A DNA stretch of 64,000 nt. It comes from Myxococcales bacterium. Lineage in GTDB: Bacteria > Myxococcota_A > UBA9160 > UBA4427. The stretch is taken from assembly GCA_022563535.1 (NCBI GenBank), contig JADFNE010000005.1:46397-110396 (forward strand). Reading direction: 5' to 3'. The translations under genes and the position numbers were made by a program. Shown piece by piece: positions 9,479 to 17,336 of the stretch (within the stretch, counting starts at the first letter, position 1; every line of letters begins with the position of its first letter). Below the pieces are notes generated by a model. It saw only the letters and a program-made list of their open reading frames with translations, was not told the DNA's origin and ran no database searches.

Positions 9479-9538
9479 ACCCGGATCTGGCGAACAGGGC
9501 TAGGGTTTGATTCAAGCGCCCACTGGAGTCGAGTATTT

Positions 9539-10378
9539 GTGACGTCGAGCGAACCCAATGGCCATGCTTCGGATTCTCGCATCTCCCGCGCCGCGACCGG
9601 CGGCGGAATTGGCGCGGGAGTGCGACTGCTGTTCGAAGGCGTTGGGATGTTGCTTCGCGAGCGGAGTCTCTGGACCCTCGCGGCAGTTCCGGTCACGTTT
9701 TGCGCGCTGGCCCTGATCACCGCGGGTTCCCTGATCTACTTCAACGCTTCAACCCTTGCCGAGGCGTTGACGGGTTGGCTGCCAGAGCTCGAAGTCGAGG
9801 CGTGGTACCAATGGTTGTGGCTGGGGCCGGCGAAGCTCTTGCTCGGCTTCACCGAGTACCTGCTCTTCGCGGCGTTTTGTGGCATTTCGCTGCTTCTCTC
9901 GCTGCTTCTCGCCAATCTGGCTTCGGCCCCATTTCTCGATGTGCTGTCTCAGCGGGTCGAGGAGATGGTCGCGGGAACGGTCTCGGATCCGGGGGATCGT
10001 GGCTTTGCGGCGGTCGCCGCCGGGGCAGGTCGGACGATCCGCAGTGAGTTTCAGCGCCTGGTGTTCTTTGCCGCCGTGTGGGGAGTGATTTCCCTGGCGG
10101 GTGTACTGATTCCCGGTGCGCAGCTGATCGCACCTCCGGCGCTGCTGCTCTTTACGGTGATTTTCTTGCCCCTGGACTACGCGGGTTACTTGTTCGATCG
10201 CCGCCAGATCTCGTTCATCGCGCGCCGCAACTGGTTGAGCGACAACCTTCCGATCATGTTGGGATTTGGTTCCACCGCGATGGGAACGGCGCTGGTTCCC
10301 GGGCTCAACCTGCTGCTGCTTCCGTCGCTGGTCGTCGCCGGCACGTTGCTCGCGCTGCGGCATCCGATCGACGTCTGA
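9539..10378 (+). CDS. EI24/CysZ-family integral membrane protein
   Basis: Multi-TM protein with LLANLASAPFLDVLSQRVEE and FLPLDYAGYLFDRR, motifs typical of the CysZ/EI24 family. GTG start. Confidence 0.6.
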   Translation: MTSSEPNGHASDSRISRAATGGGIGAGVRLLFEGVGMLLRERSLWTLAAVPVTFCALALITAGSLIYFNASTLAEALTGWLPELEVEAWYQWLWLGPAKLLLGFTEYLLFAAFCGISLLLSLLLANLASAPFLDVLSQRVEEMVAGTVSDPGDRGFAAVAAGAGRTIRSEFQRLVFFAAVWGVISLAGVLIPGAQLIAPPALLLFTVIFLPLDYAGYLFDRRQISFIARRNWLSDNLPIMLGFGSTAMGTALVPGLNLLLLPSLVVAGTLLALRHPIDV

Positions 10379-10388
10379 CGCGCGAGAT

Positions 10389-11270
10389 TTAGTTCGCCGT
10401 GAGCAGGTCGCTGAAAAATGTCCGCGCCGTTTTGGCGGCCGCACTTCCGAGCATCCCGTTCTCGCGGTCCGAGGGGCTGCGGAGCTTGGGTTCGGCGCAC
10501 GCGTCAAAGAGCGCGTTGTCGAAACGGCTCGCTTGTTTCGAGGACGCTTGCGGCGACTCCAGGAGCAGCACCGAGCGCGGTCCAATACCTCCGACAAACT
10601 GGATGGGATCGATCTCGGGCAGTGTCATTGCGCTGCAGTGAGCGAGGACGACTGCCCTGGTTCGAGGGTCGAGGCTCGCGAAGATCGCAGTGATGGCTGC
10701 GCCGTGGCCCAACCCCATGACCCCGATTCGTTGATCATCGATCGCGGGAAGCACGGCGAGACCGTCGAGGGTTCGTGAGAGGTCGCAAACTGCCTGTTGG
10801 GTGAACTCGAGCAGTAGTGCCTTGCCATTCGCGTCGAGTGGAACGTCTGAAGCCGAGTTGCCCCGCACCGTCTCGATGGCTTTCAGCAGTCTTTCGCTGA
10901 ACTTGGGGTTGCTCCGCTCTCCGTGGAGGGGAAGGTCGAGGGTCGCGAGGGCGAATCCTTCGCGAACCCAACTCCCGGCGAAATTGAGACTCGCCGAATT
11001 GCACCCTGCGCCGGCATCTCCCTGGATCACGACCAGTGGGCACGGCTCCGATCGCTCGTTGGGGATCAACAGACGACCCGTCACCCGGTCGCCGCGGCTG
11101 TTCAGTTCGAAGCGGTGCGAAGTCGCACGCGAGAATGCAGCTGGGCAGTCGCGAGAAATCAGCAGCAGGCCCAGGGATTCTTCGGGGTCGCCTGACGTGA
11201 ACGCGATGGGAACCGTCTTTGGCAGAGTGGGCTGGGCGGGTGATGTTGCGGATGACCGGGCGGAAGGCAT
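10389..11270 (-). CDS. Alpha/beta-hydrolase (dienelactone-hydrolase-like) fold protein; nucleophile elbow apparently degenerate
   Basis: PLVVIQGDAGAG...LDLPLHGERS...RIGVMGLGHGAAITAIFA. The expected G-x-S/C-x-G elbow reads G-L-G-H-G. Lies 28 bp downstream of the sigma gene on the same strand. Confidence 0.6.
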   Translation of the reverse strand: MPSARSSATSPAQPTLPKTVPIAFTSGDPEESLGLLLISRDCPAAFSRATSHRFELNSRGDRVTGRLLIPNERSEPCPLVVIQGDAGAGCNSASLNFAGSWVREGFALATLDLPLHGERSNPKFSERLLKAIETVRGNSASDVPLDANGKALLLEFTQQAVCDLSRTLDGLAVLPAIDDQRIGVMGLGHGAAITAIFASLDPRTRAVVLAHCSAMTLPEIDPIQFVGGIGPRSVLLLESPQASSKQASRFDNALFDACAEPKLRSPSDRENGMLGSAAAKTARTFFSDLLTAN

Positions 11271-11298
11271 AGGCGGCCAGCGTAGCCCGCTCGGCCTG

Positions 11299-11883
11299 CT
11301 AGCGGGCTAGTAGGATTTTGCGCGTGCGATACAGGTTCGATTTGATTGCGTTCTCACTCTTGTTGAGCGTCTCGGCAATCTCGTGGATCGGGCGTTCCTG
11401 CAGATGGTGGAGTTCGAACAAGATCTGCTGTTCCCGGGTCAGGCGGTTGTCTACCAATCGCTGGATGCTGTCGACCCGCTGCTTGAATTCGATCGTCTGG
11501 ATCGCGTTCGGGGAAACGGCCGCCGATGAGCCCAACTCGTCCGCTGCGGCGTCGGCATGTTCTTCTTCGAGAGAAACCGTAGGGTGACGTTTCTTCTTGA
11601 AGCGGGAAGCGATCGTGCGCCGGGTGACTCCGAAGATCCAGGCCCCAAACGGTGCTTCCCTGCGATAGCTGTCGATCGAAGAAAACACGTTGATGAAGAC
11701 GTCCTGGACGGTCTCCTCGACGTCGGCGGTGTTGTTCAAGCGCCGGTTCACAAAATGATAGATTCGCTTGAAGTAGCGATGATAGAGGCTCGAGAACGCC
11801 TCGTGATCTCCGTCGAGTATCAGGCGTACCAGCGTTTCATCGCTCTGCGCAGCAACATCGTCAGCTATGTCAGGAGCCGCCAC
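11299..11883 (-). CDS. Sigma-70 family (ECF-type) RNA polymerase sigma factor
   Basis: Region 2: FSSLYHRYFKRIYHFVNRRLNNTADVEETVQDVFINVF...FGAWIFGVTRR. Region 4: LTREQQILFELHHLQERPIHEIAETLNKSENAIKSNLYRTRKIL. Confidence 0.85.
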   Translation of the reverse strand: MAAPDIADDVAAQSDETLVRLILDGDHEAFSSLYHRYFKRIYHFVNRRLNNTADVEETVQDVFINVFSSIDSYRREAPFGAWIFGVTRRTIASRFKKKRHPTVSLEEEHADAAADELGSSAAVSPNAIQTIEFKQRVDSIQRLVDNRLTREQQILFELHHLQERPIHEIAETLNKSENAIKSNLYRTRKILLAR

Positions 11884-12141
11884 TTCTTCCCCTTTTGAAT
11901 CCCAGATCGAACCGGCGCCGCATAGGAGGGTCGGCTTGCACTTCTCCCCTTTAAGGGAGTGGCGTTTAATTTGAATAGGTGTCGAAAAATGTCAGTGAGA
12001 ACAGAAATTGGCAGTCGCTGGGGAAGCCAGATTCCTCTCGCGATCGACAGGAAACGCGATTGTGGTTTCAGGTCGGTAAGTTGGCGGGATACCTGCAGAA
12101 ACGCGTGAGACGGGGGCAAACGCGAGGCGCTGGGGGAACGA

Positions 12142-12975
12142 TCAAGGGAGCATGGACTTCTTGGCCCGCTCGTACACGAGCTTGGCGGTTTCGCGCAGTC
12201 CCTTGGCTGCCAACGAGTTGGGATGGGCTTGGCCGATGGCTCGTCGGGCGACGATCGCGCGGTAGACATCGAGATCTTCGACGAGCAGGCCATAACTCGT
12301 CAATGTCAATCCGAGTCGCTGTTCTACGTTGCGCGCCAGTCTTGTGAAAGTCTCTTCGCCATCTCGCTGTCCGACGGCGCCGTGTACGGTGATCCCCACT
12401 TCGGCCTTCGGGTTCTCCTCGAGAACCAGCGCGGCGAGGGCATAGGCTCGGGCCATATCGTGTTGCTGCGGAGAGGTGAACAGCAGCATCCATTCGAGAA
12501 GTTCCGCGGGTTGTTCGGCCCCCCGCAGCCAGACTGGCGGAATTCGCACGAGCACGATTCCACCGTCGGCGCAACCGTCGGCGCGAGCGGCCGCGAGAGC
12601 GACGGCTGCGCTGTGGAGCGATGCGAGGTCTTCGGCAGGGCAGGTCTCCAGCCGGACCCGGGGCGACTCACAAATGGATCGCGAAAAGAGAGCTTCTGCG
12701 TTGGGCGTCTCCGGGGTCAGGAGGGTCGCGTCGCCACCGAGGGCCGCAATTTCTGAGGCCAGGCCGGCGACCAGGGACGCGCGGACGATCTCGTGGTCTG
12801 CAATGGGGACGGCTGCGAGAGGCAGGGAAGAAGACCCGAGTTCGTGGACTTCGGGTTCGCGGTCAAACGCGTCGGTCGTGATCCCGGGCGTGCGAGAGAC
12901 TCCCGCCCGCTGATCCTCGTCGGCAGCGATCTCGGGCATGAAGTAGTGAAGTACGTCGGCAAGATCCCTGGGCAC
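12142..12975 (-). CDS. MinD/FlhG/ParA-like protein lacking the Walker A P-loop (putative pseudo-ATPase)
   Basis: GTG start preceded by GGAGA. The MinD-like C-terminal two thirds read WMLLFTSPQQHDMARAYALAALV...GITVHGAVGQRDGEETFTRLARNVEQRLGLTLTSYGLLVEDLDVYRAIVARR..HPNSLAAKGL. The segment aligned to GKGGxGK[ST] reads AVPIADHEIVRAS. Confidence 0.6.
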   Translation of the reverse strand: MPRDLADVLHYFMPEIAADEDQRAGVSRTPGITTDAFDREPEVHELGSSSLPLAAVPIADHEIVRASLVAGLASEIAALGGDATLLTPETPNAEALFSRSICESPRVRLETCPAEDLASLHSAAVALAAARADGCADGGIVLVRIPPVWLRGAEQPAELLEWMLLFTSPQQHDMARAYALAALVLEENPKAEVGITVHGAVGQRDGEETFTRLARNVEQRLGLTLTSYGLLVEDLDVYRAIVARRAIGQAHPNSLAAKGLRETAKLVYERAKKSMLP

Positions 12976-13016
12976 TGGGTTCTCCGGCCTCCTCGACTTC
13001 TCTCAGTGCATGTAGC

Positions 13017-14102
13017 TCAGCGGACTATCAGGACTGAGTTTTCTTGGCCTGTAGACGTGGGGACCCAGTTGTCGTTGTTGGGATCGCGGAACCATTCCCC
13101 GTCGACTACGTAGCGATATTGATAAGTGCCGGGGGGTAAGTGGAGGATCTTGGTCCAGATCCGAGTCTCTCCTTCGGATTCGATCATCGATCGGACGCCT
13201 TTGTCTGGAATCCAACCGTTGAAATCGCCCGCGATGCGGACTTCTCCCGCTTGAGCGTCTCGGTAGCGCACCACGACCTCGCGGGTCGGCGGCGGAGCCT
13301 TCTCTTCGGCCGGAATGTCGTTGCGCAGCTTTGGAGGCGGGCTGGCCACCAACTCGATCGCGAGCGTCGAATAGTCTCGCGCGCCGTTGGCCGAGGGGGC
13401 GTAGAGAGAAATGGGGAGGCCGCTACGGGCCGCTTCCCGCAATTTCACGTTGAGCCGGATTACGCTGTCAAAACACAGATCTTTGAACAATTCGCGAACA
13501 TCGCCCAGGGTCTGGCGCGCGTAGCGCGTGCGTCCGTCGTACATGGTGGGCAGGATGCGAACGGACAGATCGTGTCCGATGCGGTCCGAGAGCAGGGCCA
13601 CGGTTTCGAGCAGCTTCTGGACACCGTCGACGGCGAAGAAACTCATTTCGAGTGGGATCAGGACTTCGCGCGATGCTCGCAGAGCGTTGAAGGTCAGCAG
13701 GCCAACGTTGGGCGGGCAGTCGATCAACACGTAGTCGTAGTGAGGTGGAAGATTTTCGATGGCTGCGGCGAGACGCTCGGTGCGCGAGTCATGTTTCTCG
13801 CTCGCGAGTTTTTGTTCTAATGCGGACAACACGATGCTCGAAGGCGCCAGGTCGAGCCGCTCTGAAGCGTTGACGATGATCTCTTCAAGCTGCCGCACTC
13901 CAGCGGGTTCGGCGAGGATTTCGTAGAGATTTTGATCGAGTTCGTCGGGATCGATCCCGAGTGCCAGAGTGGCGTGCGCTTGTGGATCCAGGTCGACAAT
14001 CAAGACGCGTGAGCCGTCGGCTGCTAGTGCACCGGCGAGATTGACCGTCGTGGTCGTCTTGCCGCATCCACCTTTTTGATTGACGATGGCGATGACTCGC
14101 AT
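13017..14102 (-). CDS. ParA/MinD-family ATPase fused to a C-terminal AMPK-beta-type glycogen-binding (CBM48-like) domain
   Basis: MRVIAIVNQKGGCGKTTTTVNLAGALAADGSRVLIVDLDPQAHAT; YVLIDCPPNVG. Pro-rich linker. C-terminus EVRIAGDFNGWIPDKG...LPPGTYQYRYVVDGEWFRDPNN...ENSVLIV. Start taken at ATG 14102; the ORF extends to 14195. Confidence 0.8.
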   Translation of the reverse strand: MRVIAIVNQKGGCGKTTTTVNLAGALAADGSRVLIVDLDPQAHATLALGIDPDELDQNLYEILAEPAGVRQLEEIIVNASERLDLAPSSIVLSALEQKLASEKHDSRTERLAAAIENLPPHYDYVLIDCPPNVGLLTFNALRASREVLIPLEMSFFAVDGVQKLLETVALLSDRIGHDLSVRILPTMYDGRTRYARQTLGDVRELFKDLCFDSVIRLNVKLREAARSGLPISLYAPSANGARDYSTLAIELVASPPPKLRNDIPAEEKAPPPTREVVVRYRDAQAGEVRIAGDFNGWIPDKGVRSMIESEGETRIWTKILHLPPGTYQYRYVVDGEWFRDPNNDNWVPTSTGQENSVLIVR

Positions 14103-14180
14103 GGCGTTTCCCCCCAGTGCGGCGAACATGATAATCGCCGGCTGAACCCACGCTTGAGAGACTCGTACCGTATGCAGTGG

Positions 14181-14218
14181 CCTCTCAAAATTCACCTTCC
14201 CCGAGCTGCTCGGGGAGG
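14181..14218 (-). terminator. GC-rich hairpin followed by a short T tract between merR-like gene and parA-like gene (terminator or attenuator)
   Basis: 10-bp stem cttccccgag / ctcggggagg with a 3-nt loop at 14196..14218. On the minus strand it is followed by GTGAATTTTGAG. Confidence 0.35.
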
Positions 14219-14407
14219 TACGACTGTTATGTCAGCTACATTGGCCAGCTCAACATGGTCAACGATTCGCTTCGGCGTCTAGTCGTCTGTCCGTCTATCC
14301 GTCAGATTGTTCTGTCTTTTTCCCCCGCTCTTGCTTTTGTTTCTGAGCTTTTGTCTGGTTTCTCAGTTGAGTTGATGAAGGTGCTAAAACTGCTTTAAAA
14401 GGGTGTA

Positions 14408-14935
14408 TTAGGCGGTTTGGGTCCAATCTGCGATTCGTCTCGTCGCCCGCGCTCGCTTCGCTGGGGCGACCTTTGTTTCGCTTCTCCAGCGGTCCACTTC
14501 ACGCTTGAAGTCTGCGACTTCAAAGATCCACTCCTGTCCGGAGACGGCTTCGAAGGCGGTGTTCTCCAGGAAGACGAGCACGACTTCTCCTGTCGCCACC
14601 AACACCAGATCGGATAGCGGACGGTCGATGTTGGGGAGGATCTCGCGCAGGGCGCGGATGCTCGAGCGAATTCGCTGAACCGAAACCCCGGCGTCGATCA
14701 GTCGCTTGGTCGCCTTCAGTGCGACCAGATCTTGAAATGTATATCGGTGGTGCCCGCCGCGTGTCTTGACGGAGGGGATGACCAGATCGGTCTGCGCCCA
14801 GTACTGCAATTGTCGACGCGAGATTCCCAAGATCTGTACGACTTCTTTGGTGCGAAACAGGTCGGGCGGGTTGCCCAACGACCTGTTCGATTCGGTACTT
14901 GGTTCCGCCGCGCTTTGCACTATGGAGTTGTCCAT
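14408..14935 (-). CDS. MerR-family HTH transcriptional regulator
   Basis: LFRTKEVVQILGISRRQLQYWAQTDLVIPSVKTRGGHHRYTFQDLVALKATKRLIDAGVSVQRIR. Confidence 0.8.
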   Translation of the reverse strand: MDNSIVQSAAEPSTESNRSLGNPPDLFRTKEVVQILGISRRQLQYWAQTDLVIPSVKTRGGHHRYTFQDLVALKATKRLIDAGVSVQRIRSSIRALREILPNIDRPLSDLVLVATGEVVLVFLENTAFEAVSGQEWIFEVADFKREVDRWRSETKVAPAKRARATRRIADWTQTA

Positions 14936-15424
14936 CTCGAATTCCCTCTCTCCGAATCTGTTTCCCGAACTCGCGCCTGGCCTCTTCAGTCGTCTACCGC
15001 CCGACTCGGCTGCTTACGGATCCGCGCTGTGAAGACGACCTCTGTACCAAGTGCCAGTTGCGTCTTGCTCGATACTCAAGCGTCTGCAATCGACCGTGCA
15101 TCGTGCTGCCGTGCAGGCGATTTCGCGACCAAGTTCGAGTTCTCGCACCGGAAGCGAAGGATTTCTGCCAGATAAATCCGAAACCAGTCTGAAGTCAACC
15201 CAATCAACCTGCGAAATGTACCGATTGGGAGAAATGAATGCAGCAATCTCGGGGTTTTCCTCCAATACCTGCCGGTTTGTTCACTGACTTGGACTTTCCC
15301 GTGTGCTTCCCGACCGTGCCTGCACATTGTACGCATATGAGCGCAAAACAGGGGTATAAAAGTGTTGAATATCGCCGAATTCGCGAGAGAGAAGTCAGGG
15401 CGCGTCTGCGGTAGCCTGAGTTCC

Positions 15425-16630
15425 ATGGCCGACACTGAAAAGCAGTCAATTTCCTCAGGGGGAGCGCGAGAGGAGCGCATCCTGGTCGAGGACGAGGGTA
15501 CACGGCGGCCGTTCATGCGCGGCATCATGGTTCACTCCCTGATGGCGCGCGGGATCAGTTTCGAGGATGCGTTCCGCACTGCAAACTTGGTGAAAGATCG
15601 GACCCAGGAGCGCGGCATCGTTCAGAGAGCCGAACTCGCCAAGCTCGTCGTCGAGATTTTGGGAAGCGATGCGCTGGCTGACCATCAGCCCCCGATTCCA
15701 ATTCCAGGTGGGATCGTGGTGGGTGGCCTGGAGGATGCGAATCCCTTTTCCAAAGGACTGCTGGCTCAGTCGCTGCTTGCCGCGTCGGTAGACCCGAGCG
15801 ATGCCTTCGATGTGGCGCGGGAGATCGAGTTCGACCTGTTGCGCCAGGGGCGCCGCCAGATCAGCCGCCAGGACCTCCGTCGCGCCGCCTACGAAAAAAT
15901 GCTCCGCCGCTTCGGTCCCCGAGCCGCATCGCGTTTTCTGATCTGGCGTCAGTTCCAGGAACCCGAAAAGCCCGTGATCATTCTGCTTGGGGGCAGCAGT
16001 GGGGTGGGGAAGACCTCCCTCGCACTCGAGGCGGCCCGACGTCTCGGCATTCGTCGCGTGCTCTCGACCGATTCGATTCGCCAGGTGATGCGCTTGATGC
16101 TCTCCTCGGAGTTGGTGCCGGCGATCCACGCTTCGTCGTTTGACGCCCATCTCTCCATCGCCACAGACGCCAATGCCGCGGGTCGCGAACAAGACGAAGT
16201 CGTTCAAGGTTTCATGGCCCAGGCCACGGTGGTCTCCGTCGGTGTACGGGGGATGATCGAGCGCGCGATCGACGAAAATACGAGCATGATTCTCGACGGC
16301 GTGTCCCTGGTCCCGGGCCTGATCGATCTCGCGTCCTATGCCGCCGACGCCCACATCATCTACCTGGTCGTCGCCCGCCTGGACGAAGACAGTTTTCGCA
16401 ACCATTTTATCGCTCGAGGCAAGCGGCAGTTGCACCGCAACGCCACCCGCTACGTTGAGAACCTCGAGGGCATCCTGAAAATTCAGGAACATTTTCTCGA
16501 ACTGGCGGATCGCTACGACATCCCGATCGTGGACAACGCCACCATCGACGGGTCAGTGATGCTCGTCATTCGGCACGTCGTAGAAACGCTGCGCAAGTCC
16601 GGCAATTACGATGAGGTCGATTTGCTCTGA
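15425..16630 (+). CDS. 2-phosphoglycerate kinase-like protein (ATP-cone-like N-terminus + P-loop kinase)
   Basis: RRPFMRGIMVHSLMARGISFEDAFRTANLVKDRT. P-loop ILLGGSSGVGKTSLALEAARRLGIRRVLSTDSIRQVMR. ATG at 15425 preferred; the ORF opens at 15362. Confidence 0.6.
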   Translation: MADTEKQSISSGGAREERILVEDEGTRRPFMRGIMVHSLMARGISFEDAFRTANLVKDRTQERGIVQRAELAKLVVEILGSDALADHQPPIPIPGGIVVGGLEDANPFSKGLLAQSLLAASVDPSDAFDVAREIEFDLLRQGRRQISRQDLRRAAYEKMLRRFGPRAASRFLIWRQFQEPEKPVIILLGGSSGVGKTSLALEAARRLGIRRVLSTDSIRQVMRLMLSSELVPAIHASSFDAHLSIATDANAAGREQDEVVQGFMAQATVVSVGVRGMIERAIDENTSMILDGVSLVPGLIDLASYAADAHIIYLVVARLDEDSFRNHFIARGKRQLHRNATRYVENLEGILKIQEHFLELADRYDIPIVDNATIDGSVMLVIRHVVETLRKSGNYDEVDLL

Positions 16631-16661
16631 ATCGCCCTTTTGTGAGTTATGGCAGTGAGTT

Positions 16662-17336
16662 ATGGCCCGTACCCTCAAATACGACATCCCTGGAGTTGAT
16701 AGGCGTCGCAGTCTCGCCGACGCCTATGAGTTTGGTGTGCATTCGCTATTCGAACCCGAATACGCGAGCCCGTATTCCCTTGTCGTAGAGATTGGCTTCG
16801 GTCGCGGGGAATTTCTATTGGAGATGGCTGCGAAGTATCCCGAGCTGGCGTTTCTAGGCGTAGAAGTCTCCTGGAAGCGCGTGCTCAAGATGGCGCGCAA
16901 GGTGGCTCGGGCCGAACTCGAAAACGTCCGCCTGGTCGCCGGTCGCGGCGAAGCCATCCTGCACGACTGCCTGCCCGAAAAAAGTGTCAGCGAGATCTGG
17001 GTGAACTTCTCCGACCCCTGGCCGAAGGCGGCCCACGCCCACCGGCGGATTTTCCAGCCCGAGTTCATCCGGCGAGCTGCGGAAGTGCTCGAACCCGGCG
17101 GTGTCCTGCATATCGCCACGGACGATCCCAGCTATTCCGAACAAATCGGACAAGTGCTCGCAGCCGAACCCCAGCTCGTCAACCATCACACGCCGGCGGC
17201 GTTCGTGCGCGATGTGTCGGGGCGCATTGCAACTTCCTATGAAATGGATTGGCGGGCCGGCGGCAGACAGATGCATTTCTTCGATTACGGGCGAGCCTCG
17301 TTCGACGAACAGGACTTCGAGCCGGAGTTTTCGTGA
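16662..17336 (+). CDS. trmB: tRNA (guanine46-N7)-methyltransferase
   Basis: VVEIGFGRGEFLLEMAAKYPELAFLGVEV...IWVNFSDPWPK...LHIATD. Confidence 0.9.
   Translation: MARTLKYDIPGVDRRRSLADAYEFGVHSLFEPEYASPYSLVVEIGFGRGEFLLEMAAKYPELAFLGVEVSWKRVLKMARKVARAELENVRLVAGRGEAILHDCLPEKSVSEIWVNFSDPWPKAAHAHRRIFQPEFIRRAAEVLEPGGVLHIATDDPSYSEQIGQVLAAEPQLVNHHTPAAFVRDVSGRIATSYEMDWRAGGRQMHFFDYGRASFDEQDFEPEFS

Noticed and set aside
11884-12141. Search for an ECF-type autoregulated promoter (GGAAC-N16/17-CGT) upstream of the sigma gene
   Set aside because: I found no GGAAC motif on the coding (minus) strand in this spacer, so I did not annotate a promoter.
14103-14195. N-terminal extension of the ParA ORF (MNFERPLHTV...)
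   Set aside because: ParA-family proteins start a few residues before the KGG P-loop. The extension also overlaps a strong hairpin (14196..14218). ATG 14102 is preferred, but the start remains unproven.
15455-16492. 345-aa minus-strand ORF
   Set aside because: It is antisense to the 2-phosphoglycerate-kinase-like gene, which has a P-loop and coherent domain structure.
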